Source of the DNA: Macrostomum lignano
Taxonomy: Eukaryota
DNA length: 64,000 nucleotides
Direction: 5' to 3'
Assembly (NCBI GenBank): GCA_002269645.1
Contig: NIVC01000085.1
Location: 496,001 to 560,000 of the forward strand
Shown: one piece after another, positions 1 through 10,606 of the stretch
How positions within the stretch are numbered: position 1 is the first letter of the stretch
Layout of the letters: each line of letters begins with the position of its first letter
Notes under the pieces: model-generated
Databases searched by the model: none
Seen by the model: the letters and a program-made list of their open reading frames with translations, nothing else
What the model was told of the DNA's origin: nothing
Translations under genes and position numbers: made by a program

Positions 1-3000
1 ATACTTGTCAGGCCCCCTTATATGCCAATAATGTATGCCAGGCATTGCCAGATCCTTTGGTATACCAAGAAATTTTTAGCAAATTTCTATCTAGAATATT
101 CTAGCATACATGTATGAGTGTTGGAAACATATCAACTTTTTTGTCAACTGCTTAGCTATATAGTAAATTCATTAAGTAGGGGTAGTAAATTATTTAACAT
201 AGTATATTATATATAGCTATTTTACTTCACAAAAATAATAGATTCAAAAAACCAATGAATCAAGTTATGTTATTGTAGTATTGTTTTTTAGGTATCCATA
301 AGACATGACAATTGTCATCAATTATCAATCATGACAATTATGATAATTCTCACCTTTACTGTCACTATATCAGTAGATAATTTATTGCTGCAAAATCTTT
401 GCACTAGATTGACTAGATAAGAGACAACAATGCACACTAGTCAGTAGTCTACCATGTACAAATATAATAAAATACAATATACAATAAAATTGAAAAAACA
501 AAAAAAAACAATTTTCTATGTGAACATCATACCATAAGTTGTAAGATCCCAATCTTGATCAATTTCAATTTGAACAAGTTTTAATAAATTTAACTCAACC
601 AAAAACTATAAATTAATTTTTACATACATACAAATTAAGACTTTATTGCTTTTGCTTTGGTTTGCATCTCTTACTTCTAGGCCTACTTTATTAGACTGCA
701 TATCAATTATGAGCTATGCAAATAGTACATGGTCATTTTATCTACTATCCTTTTGTCTACCAAAAGACAAAATGAATTTTCAAACATAAGCAGCAAAATA
801 GGTTTTATAAATGGCCAGAAGTAATCTATGGTTTATTTTTAAAAATTTCAATTTGCAAGTAATTTTTAGATTTAGAATTAGATATAATATTTGTATTTTT
901 TATTTTGTTTATTGCAATGTTTCTAAGAAATATCATTTCCTCCTTTGTTAATTTAGCTATAGGTATTCTTTTATAAAGTAACATGTGCACTCTTACATAT
1001 ACTTGTGCTTCTTTAAATTGAATATATTTAATTTTTTATATTGTCCAATACAAAATAAATGAATTCTAATAAATAATAATTCTAACTAGGCCTAGGCTAA
1101 CTGTTTTTGAGCTTTGAAGCTTTGAGACAGTTAGAGATAGATAATATGGGGTCATATGAGATCATGACAAAAATGCATTGGTTTTTGTTCCATTGCAAAA
1201 TTTATTAAATACAAACTAACCCTATTGGAATAAATGTTAAAAACCCGCGGATGCACGCTTTAGAAAAGAGTCAAACTATTTTACCACGCTTTAGGATTAT
1301 TAGAGATGTTCTGAAAGATCTGCAGCTTCGTCGAAATCAAAATTCGCTAACTTTTCAAAATCAAAATTGAAATTTCCCAAAATCATAATTCAGAAAAACA
1401 AAGTTTAGTATGATCAACACTCACTTTTTTACTTTCAATTTACTGCTTAAGCAAAAAGTAATACATGTATATGTTGTAGAAAGTAGTTTATTTTTAGCGA
1501 CTTTTTAGACACTACCAAAATTTTCACTTCTAAATTTTTTTTGAAATTGAAATTTGCTCTAAAAAATTTCAAATTTTGGAAAATTGACATTGAATTTTTG
1601 GAACATCTCTAAGCTTAATAAATTACAAGTGTATAAGCCCCTTCAACAGAGGTATTATACCCATTTCCATGTATATGTATTTGCTAGAGCAGCAGCCAGT
1701 AAGAAAGGGCAGCGCGTGCGACGCAGGCACTGTGCCTGTGCGCACACTGCACTTTAGAAAAATTTCAAAAGTGCGCCGGACACCGTCCGTGGTTTTACAA
1801 CTTTTTCCTATAGGGCAAACTAAAATATTCAGAAATTACTCATTAAAGTAATTATTACTAACAAATGATATTGATATCTTAATCATTGTTATCTTAATCA
1901 CTATCTCAAATTAATGACAACTGACATTTGGCCATTTTACACTTATTAAAGTATATTACTATTTATGGCAGACAAAACAACTATTATATTCTTATAGACA
2001 AAACATACTTAGGTGCAACCTAGGGATTTACCTGGCCATTTCTAATGGCAACATGCATATGTAAGTCAATATTGGATAGATTAATAGTCACGTGACTGCT
2101 CTTAGCCAATAGCGACTTACATGTATGTGTTGCTGATAGAAATAGCCAAGTGATTCCCAAGGTTGCGCATTAGTAATGAATCTGAATATTTGTATTTAGA
2201 TTTTGAATAAAAAAAAGTCTTATTTTTTAGAAATCCAAATGTTTCAGATTTAGAAATTTTATTTTCCAAATTTCCAAATGTACATCCAAATATGAAAAAA
2301 TCAAAAAACCAAAATAAAATTATGCAAATATAAAAGAAATACAACTTTTGAAAAAAGAAAGTAAATAAAAAAACTAGAACTCAAAATTGAATATCATATG
2401 GTTTGTTTTAACAATTGTCTGTTTTTGCAGTATTATATATTCTTAAAGTGCTAGAGTGCTATTAAGTAAAGTTACTTAACTTCAGGAACTATGAGGCATT
2501 TAACCTAAAGTTGCAAAAACATTTTGAGGTAATCATTACTTTCTTTTTTCAAAATGCAAATGTAACAGACTATGTACACTATATATAGTAAAGTTATCAA
2601 ATTGCACAAATGTAATATCAGTTAGTAATTAGATTAGAAATAAAATAATTAAGTTCAATTCAATTCAGATACTAGATAGATGTAGTATAAGCACGAGCTA
2701 GATTGAATCTTGTCAGTAAATTAATATACAGCACTTATACAATTACTAATTAGATGATGATACATTTTTGTAATGAAAAGGTGTCATAGTTACTTCCACT
2801 GTTTACCTTTTACTTTTTTACATTTGGATTTGGTTTTGGAAACTTGCAAAACTCTACATTTGGTCATTGGTCTATCACTATTGCATATGTATGAGACAAA
2901 GGAATAGTAGACAAACTGGCAGTAGACAAAATAACCATTAACCATGCAAACTATGGCAAACTTGTCAACATAGTTGACAAAAAATAGAAAAGTGACAATG

Positions 3001-3197
3001 TAGATAATTGGAAAACAATGATATAATAGCCTAGCTAGACATTTAGACAAAGTACTTAAACCTGGAATATTTGATAATGGCTATCAAAAATAGAATACCA
3101 CTTTTTATGTATACATTATAATCAACATATTAATTAGATAAAAAATAGTCTTTAAAAAAATATTTTTTATTAGTGCAATAGATTACTCTTTACTTAC

Positions 3198-3354
3198 CTT
3201 CACTACTACTGGCACTTTTAATAATACTACTTCCTTGACTTGAATTAGAAATTGTATTCCCAATTCCACGACCATAATTTCCACCAGCTCCAATCAATTG
3301 TAATCTTTTGTCTTTCTTGGCTAGACCATCAGCTTTAGTGTTTTGTGCTCCCAT
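3198..3354 (-). CDS. Candidate first coding exon of an unidentified gene, starting MGAQNTK (N-myristoylation-like motif)
   Basis: ATG at 3354 gives 52 open codons (MGAQNTKADGLAKKDKRLQLIGAGGNYGRGIGNTISNSSQGSSIIKSASSSE) followed by a consensus donor G|GTAAGT. A phase-compatible acceptor (TTCCAG|) at 3062-3063 leads into the frame of ORF 2790..3050. No family recognised. Confidence 0.4.
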
Positions 3355-5430
3355 AGTACAAAGAGCAGGGAAACAAAAACAAAACTTAGCAGCACATTAA
3401 TAAACAATGCATACATTTAATGGCATGTTAGGCCTTATTTGCATTTGCATTAACGCACATCTGGCTGGCACCATGAAGACTAAATTTAATATTAAAGGAT
3501 TACTACGCTAACGTTATTTTCATGGTTAAAAGTGTATATAACAATTAATAAATAGGGCTAGCCGAACTAGCGCTAGGGATCCACAACGACGTCAACACTC
3601 AACAGTGAAGTCAAGACGAAGACCAATTACTAAGAAGACTGCTAGCTGTACTAGGGGCACTAGCCTACTAAAATTTTCAGGACCTAAAGAAATTTAAAGC
3701 GGCTAATATTTTGAATAAAACAATCAGGTTAGGTTTGATAATGATAACTATTTTGAAATTAGGGCGCCAAGAAAAGCCTTGACAAGCTCAAATGAGGTCG
3801 ATTTGTAGATTTCTAGGAAATATGTTTTTATGTAGGTAGTTAAAAAGATGCAACAAAAAGTTTTGTCATTCTAAAGATTTATGCTAAAAAATTAAATAAT
3901 TAGGACTGGCTTCGACTTTCTACAATAAAAAGCTGAAAAAAAGTCATGTATTTTTCAACTTTTGTTATACGCATTTGAAAATGTTCTTAATTTTTTTTAA
4001 TTACCGAGAGAAAAATTTTAGCGAAATACAATACTAAATTAGCATTCAATTAAAAACGGATTCTTATTTCTAATCTTGTGTATAATCTAAAGCTAAGTGG
4101 ACCGACCGCGGCCCGCCGGCTGGCCGGACCAAATGGAACTCTTCCTACTAGACGACTATCAACTCAAATGCGTAGTATATATAGTAGTAAACCGAAGTAT
4201 AGCTAGCTTAGTAACTTGTAATAAAGTACATGTAGCTCAGACAAGACAGCCGGCTTGGCCAATTTAAGGAATAATATAAATAGGACATATTCTTGGTCCT
4301 TTATCGTATTTTGAAAGAACTATTTGTTAACTGAATGCATGTAAGTATTTGCATTGTAATCTACGCATATGCGAACATTTTCTATTATAAATCTATAATA
4401 TTAGCCTAATTTTGCGTGAATTTAATATTTGCCGTATATAAAGCAAAAACGATAAATCTCAAGTTGTACATGTACATAGAGGCGCGAGGATAAGGTTAGT
4501 ATCGATCAGAAAACTTGGAGCTATGATGGATCTGCATTTTACATGTGTATATTTCTGAATAAAATGCATTTGTACATGTATGTGTAAATGTACATATAAA
4601 ATCGCAGACTCGACAGGAAGATGAAAGACTCATCAGGCTAGGGGCCCGCTCATGAATTTTGTGGGCCAAGCTTTGGATAAAAGAGAATTTACACATGGAA
4701 GGTTTTGAATTTTGTCTACATGTACTACATGTACTAGCGCAGATCGATTTGCAGGCAGCTGATCATGAGGAATTGTAAACAGGAAAATACACAGTTTAGG
4801 TGGATTTTTTACGTTATGGATCTTGTTTTTGCAGTTTACTGAGCAGATAATAATAGTCCAGTCAAGGTGTGTGACGCACGTCCGTAATTGGGGATGATGA
4901 TCGAAAGAGGAAGAGAAGAAAAGGAAGAAAAGAAGTGAGGAAAGCGATGAGATGCTAACGCCCTTAATGCTAAAGCTAAGCTAATGATGCTGAAACGAAG
5001 CTTTGAAGCCGAAGGTTTTTTACCGATTAACTTCTATTTGATTTTTTACATTGGCTTTAATTGCAGCTCAAGACAGAGGTCTTTAAGATTCAGTTCTTAC
5101 ACGCATCCATCTATACATTCCTTATTACTACTCAAACAACTCTCGCGCTAAATTTGCAAACAATTTCTCAAGCTCCCATTAACTGCAGCAGGTGTTTGGC
5201 AGCTGGATACGGTTACAGAAGCCATTCCAATGCTCGCTAATGATTGCTTGTTGAAACGCCATTGGCTTCACTGTCTGTCAATTCAGAAGCACCAGGTGCA
5301 GTGAATTTGATTCCTTGGGAATTTTCTCCTAAAAAATCAACTTCTCTTGCTGTTTAGGTCTACATATAGTCCCCCTCGGCAATGAGCTGCCGCGAGAGAG
5401 CTACATGCAGAAACCTAGCTGTCTTCGAAA

Positions 5431-6207
5431 ATGCGCTTGATTTCATTTTTGCTGCTTCCGTTCCACGGCTGCGCTGCCGCAATGCTGGTTGCATGGCTTC
5501 AGTTACATCGGCTGCTACAGAGACCCCGGGCCCAGGGACCTCAACGGACTAGCCGGTAAAGGATCTGTCGAAGGCTACTCTATCGGCACAGGCGGTGTCC
5601 TGTCAGCTCCTGGGATCAATTCTCTGGAGTTCTGCAGCCGCATCTGCTCGCTCTTCAACTTCAAGTACTTCGGAGTGCAGTACAGCTCGCAGTGCTTCTG
5701 CGGCAATGAGTTCGGTCGACATGGCGCCTCACCTGAGACCGGATGTAGCATGAGATGCACTGGAAATCCCGACCAGATCTGCGGAGATAGTGGTAAAAAT
5801 TCCATTTATCAAAATAAATACCTGCTGGGTAAGTACAAACAATCTAAGTGGCTCATTTTTTACCTTTTGCATCATTATGGACTATTACGAGTAAAATACC
5901 TGGATAGGTTTTACGAGCTACAACGTCTTTACAATGACCCAAGAGTATGACTTCAATTTCAGAAATAAACCACTTTATTAAAATACAAGATGACCGACTG
6001 CTTGGAATGGGCAACTCAAACTTGTCCCCATCGGTTGCAACTGTTCGCGCTTCGAGCCTACTGCACTGCGCTACTAAATGCTCTGTAGTTGGTTGCCATG
6101 CAATTTTCTTCTCGCAACCTCAGCTCACCTGTCGCATGCTTCTGTCTGATGCTGGAAACTCGACCAGTCTGGTGGCAGCCAATGATAATGGCTTTGTTCG
6201 TGGCTAA
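5431..6207 (+). CDS. Small secreted protein with a WSC domain and a PAN/Apple-like Cys domain; two exons (5431-5828, 5963-6207); apparent 1-nt frameshift near 5458-5462
   Basis: WSC motifs YIGCY...LEFCSRIC...YFGVQYSSQCFCGN...C..RCTGNPDQICG...SIY. Donor GTAAGT at 5829 and acceptor TTTCAG at 5962 join in phase 1 (YLL-E-INH). Exon 2 has LLHCATKCSVVGCHAIFFSQPQLTCRML (PAN-like). The hydrophobic leader MRLISFLLL from ATG 5431 lies one frame off the WSC frame. Confidence 0.75.
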
Positions 6208-6639
6208 ATTGAAAACACTTTATAGATATAATAGGCTTTGATCAATGACCTCTGGACGTCGTGTTTCATTGCACTGAGAAGAGTAACATCTGAGTCAAAA
6301 ATATACTTTTAACTTTTAAATGATTCATCGGATCAAATAGGCGAGTCAGGAAGTCATTGTGAAACAGATTAGAATTCTAAACGCGTTAATAATTTTAAGA
6401 TAAAACCAGGAACAAAAGCTAAATGGTGTGGAAATAAGTTATGCTAGTCTTCGTGTATGGGTTTTTTCTGCTACAAATTGAAAGCGGCAATCGACTCGGT
6501 GAGGAGTCACGTGACAAGCACAAGATTAAGGAGTTCATGGAATGAGCTTATCCACTAAATTATGATAAAATTAGTATTTTGATTCTGAAATTTGAGTAAT
6601 ATTAATAATACTCAATAATAAAAAATAGCTAATAACAAA

Positions 6640-6920
6640 TTGCTGTACCTGCTCCAACTGGGCCAGATGTGCAACCGACAGCTCAGCCGCAGCTATTGCA
6701 CGGGGCATCTCAAGGCTGCGTACGGCTGTTCAGTCCAAGGACTGGGGGGTCGCCACACACAGCCTCATATTACCCCAGCTAATGCTGGCATCCATTTTAC
6801 AGCTGGGTGAACTGAAGCAATGCAGAGTAAAGTGTCTTGCTCAAGGACACAAATCGGAATCGAACCTCCGGCCTTTGCAAGTCGTGAGTCTGCCGCTCTT
6901 ACGACTAGGCAACAAGTCTT
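6640..6920 (-). mobile_element. tRNA-derived SINE with CORE/V-like central domain
   Basis: Minus strand has an A-box-like TGCCTAGTCG and a B box GGTTCGATTCC (6856-6866), followed by GTGTCCTTGAGCAAGACACTTTAC...CAGCTGTAAAATGG, resembling the MIR-type CORE. Ends are approximate. Confidence 0.65.
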
Positions 6921-7959
6921 GCAAATAAAAAAGTAAATGTCGGCTTTAGTATACACATGTAAGTCGTGCATTGGCAACTATAATTACTCTACAACGAGTA
7001 ATTATTCATTTTGTCTGAATGCAGTGTCATATGTCAGAATACATGTAATTCAAAAAGGCCTCCAGAAATGTCTAAATAATTGTCTAAATAAGAAAGGTCT
7101 AAATAATTGTCTAAAAAAGAAATGTCTAAATAATAGTAAAGCATTGATTGATTTTTATGAAACCATCAAAGAAAAGCAAAGCATCCATGCACTCTGTCAT
7201 TCTAATTGACTTTCGCACTGTTTGCTACCAAAGCAGAGCAGAGACACAACCGCGCCCGTGAGCAAAGCCAATCTAGCTATTGTCTACTATATTAAATAGA
7301 AAGGAAAGGAAGTCAATGGCAAGCGCACGGCTAGCTAGCTGGAATAGACCCCACAGACAGACAAGACAAACCGAATATCGTACATCCAAGACTCCCTCCC
7401 TCTGCTAAAGCAGTTTCTACCAGTATGTTCTTTTCAAAGAGACGGAATTAAACATGCAGAGTACAGGTAAGGGACCTTTTTCGCAGTTTAGCAAACAGCC
7501 CAGCAGCCTCTCCGTTGTTATACTGGGGGGGGGGCACAGAGGCTACATAGGTGTGGCCTCGATCAGTGCTTCTACTTTAGAAGAGAAGTTTCGGTTGCTA
7601 AGGCCCGGGGTGGTCAATACTCAACAGTTTGTTTTTAAAAGGTGGCAGCGCAGAAAAACAAGCAGTAAAATCTTTCGAGCAGCTTTTGAACCATCTGCAA
7701 CTCTGACTGCCAAAGCAACATAGGTGAGATTCACAAAGTAACTTTACAATCTAGCTCGGATACAGACTATTCTTTTAGCCCTAACACTGCGCAGTTCTTA
7801 GCAGATGAGAGTAGATACTCAGAAAAGTAATTCTTATTTTTTCCTGTCTAATTTCTCAACAAAGACAACTAATGCAATGTATATACTTTAGTTTAGTTGT
7901 CCTTAATTCTCACCAACTACTCTCATATTTTCTCAACGCTAATGCCAACACAGCAGCTC

Positions 7960-8260
7960 TCTCCTCTTCATCTCTCACCCTCTCTCCCTTCTGCCTCCCC
8001 CCCTCATTCCCACCCTTCTCTCCCTACCTCTTCTCCCGTCCTTCACTCCTTCCGTTCTATCTCCCTTCTCTTAATATCTCACTCCCCTCTCTCACCCTCC
8101 TGTCTCTCCCTAACACTCTCTCTTCCTCTCTCTCTCCCCTTTTTCCCTCTCTCCCTCGCCTCTCTTCCTCGCTTTTCGTTGCTATAGCCTTACTCTCACA
8201 CTCCCCCCTCCCTCCTTCCCTTTTCACTTTCTCCCCTTTATCCGTTCTCTTCGCATTTTA
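7960..8260. repeat. CT-rich low-complexity tract
   Basis: Almost purely C/T sequence; it generates the spurious Leu/Ser/Pro ORFs 7872..8309 and 7897..8187. Confidence 0.75.
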
Positions 8261-8438
8261 CTTGAAATTCTTTAGCTCAAGAGGAACTTATCAGTTCAGA
8301 CAAACATAAAAAAATGCCTGCAACCATCTCACAGCATTCTGAATGACAGTCTCGCGCCCGTTTTAGACACGTCTGAGAAATTGACTAGTGGAAATTGAGT
8401 CATCGGCTACAGTTCTAAACAGCTGAGCAACAAGAACA

Positions 8439-10004
8439 ATGAACCTGATACCCGACGTCAATGGAACCGCCATCTTCGGAATCGTCTGGGCAGTGAGAGC
8501 CCATCGACGGCTTCGATCAGGACAGGAAGAAAGGACTCAGTTTTGCACAGAAATGATTCAACTCGCTGTAAAGTCTGGTCAGTTGGAAGCAGTGAAGTTT
8601 GCGGTGCGAATATTTGCAGACGAAACAAACAAAGATCAGTGCTGCATGGAGGCAGCGAAAACTGCAGCAATCAAAGATGAATGGAGAGTGTTGAAATTTC
8701 TGGTGCAGTCAATTGCTGATGAAACCAACAGAGACCAGTGTTGCATGGAGGTAGCGGAATCTGCTGCAAGCAGTGGTGTTTTAGAGGTGGTGAAGTTTCT
8801 GGTGCAGACAGTGGCTGATGAAACCAAAAGAGACCAGTGCTGCATGGAGGTAGCGGAATCTGCTGCAAGCAGTGGTGTTTTAGAGGTGGTGAAGTTTCTG
8901 GTGCAGACAGTGGCCGATGAAACTACCAGAGATAATTTCTGCATTCAGGCGGCGGAATCTGCTGCAAGCAAGGATCAGTGGGAAGTGGTGACGTTTCTGG
9001 TCCAGAGAGTCACTGATGAAACCAAAAGAGACCAGTGCTGCATTCAGGCGGCGGAATCTGCTGCAAGCAAGGGTCAGTGGGAAGTGGTAGCGTTTCTGAT
9101 CCAGAGAGTCACTGATGAAACCAAAAGAGACCAGTGCTGCATGGAGCCAGCAACATATGCTGCAAGCAAGGGTCAGTGGGAAGTGGTGAAGTTACTGGTG
9201 CAGACAGTCGCTGACCAATCTAACAGAGACCAGTGCTGCATGGAACCAGCAAAACTTGCTGCATTCAAGGGTCAGTTAGAAGTGGTGAAGTTACTGGTGC
9301 AAACAGTCTCTCACCAAAAAAACAGAGATCAGTGCTGCATTCAAGCAGCGACATCTGCTGCATACAATGGTCACTTAGAAGTCATCAAGTTCCTCATCTC
9401 GTGTCTCTCAAGTCCGGATCAGAGAGCGAATCTCCGTTTCCGATGCGCAGTCACGGCTTGCTCTCGTCTTCGTGACGATGTCGTTGCCTTCCTCGGCCTC
9501 AAACCCAACTGGCTCTTCCAATACAGCACTATCCTCAGCTTCACTGCAGCAATGACCATAGAAGGCAGGAACTCTGTTCTAACCGATACCCTCTCTCGAA
9601 TGCAGCCAGCTCACATCACACAGCTGCTCCGTCTCTCCATCTCTCAAAGACACGTCGCTCTTGCTGTCACGCTGATCAATGATGAGCGAGTCAGCGCAGA
9701 GCATGTCGATCTGCCAGACAGCACTGGAGCCACTGCTCTCATGCTGGCAGCTGATGCGGGTCATCACGAGCTCACTGAGAAACTCATCGATCTCGGTGCG
9801 TCAGTGCGTGCTGAAGACAGTCAGGGTCGGACTGCTCTGTCACGAGCGTGCGAAGCCGGTCACGTGCGAGCAGCCAAGGCTCTGATGGACAGAGGAGCGG
9901 ATGCGAGTCATCGAGACGGTCGGGGTCTGACGTGTGCGCAGGTGGCACAGCGATTTGAGCAGCGGCAGGTGCTGCGGCTGCTGGATGCAGGTGGAGCGAG
10001 GTGA
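8439..10004 (+). CDS. Ankyrin-repeat protein (521 aa ORF; possibly the 5' exon of an ANK-cGLR gene)
   Basis: Eight 33-aa (99-bp) units of the type DQCCMEVAESAASSGVLEVVKFLVQTVADETKR, plus canonical C-terminal ANKs (GATALMLAADAGHHELTEKLIDLGA, GRTALSRACEAGHVRAAKALMDRGAD). The stop TGA lies inside a donor-like AG|GTGAG at 10001. Confidence 0.9.
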   Translation: MNLIPDVNGTAIFGIVWAVRAHRRLRSGQEERTQFCTEMIQLAVKSGQLEAVKFAVRIFADETNKDQCCMEAAKTAAIKDEWRVLKFLVQSIADETNRDQCCMEVAESAASSGVLEVVKFLVQTVADETKRDQCCMEVAESAASSGVLEVVKFLVQTVADETTRDNFCIQAAESAASKDQWEVVTFLVQRVTDETKRDQCCIQAAESAASKGQWEVVAFLIQRVTDETKRDQCCMEPATYAASKGQWEVVKLLVQTVADQSNRDQCCMEPAKLAAFKGQLEVVKLLVQTVSHQKNRDQCCIQAATSAAYNGHLEVIKFLISCLSSPDQRANLRFRCAVTACSRLRDDVVAFLGLKPNWLFQYSTILSFTAAMTIEGRNSVLTDTLSRMQPAHITQLLRLSISQRHVALAVTLINDERVSAEHVDLPDSTGATALMLAADAGHHELTEKLIDLGASVRAEDSQGRTALSRACEAGHVRAAKALMDRGADASHRDGRGLTCAQVAQRFEQRQVLRLLDAGGAR

Positions 10005-10606
10005 GCTGTTGAGCTATAATTGAGAAGACACAGTGCATGTATGTAAAATTTAAGTTTTCATTAGCTTTTTTGTAAGGAGAAAAATCAGAGTTAGACAGGT
10101 AGCTTGAGAGATGAAAAGGAAAAGAGAGAGAAAAGAAGAGTAGGAATCTAGAGGAGAGAAGATGGTTCTGCACTTCCGGGTAAAATGAAAACAAGTTCTT
10201 ATATATTTTAATTCAACAAGCACTGAAGTATTTTCATAAAATTCCCTGGTTTAATTATATTTTATTGTCCCTCCTTTTACAATATGTTTTCTTCCTGCTT
10301 AAACTGTGGAGATATTTTTGATGAAGCAGAGCTCCACTGGGGTGTTTCGACTGAAAGTTCACGAGCTACGGGCGTTTCGAAATCAATGAATTTTTTTATG
10401 GCGAATAAAAATCTCAGGCTAAGCTGCTGTGACCGGCATTCTATCACGCATTGCAGAGTCCCAGAGACTCGGCAGGCAGGCGCGCAACGCTTGGATTGGG
10501 GCCTCCATTGGTGAGTCTCGGCTTTCACTGCTGCGTGAATGATAGCTTGGGACAGAAATTGCAGCGAACTTCAGCAGAGATTGGGCTGGACTGAGTGCTG
10601 CAGCAG

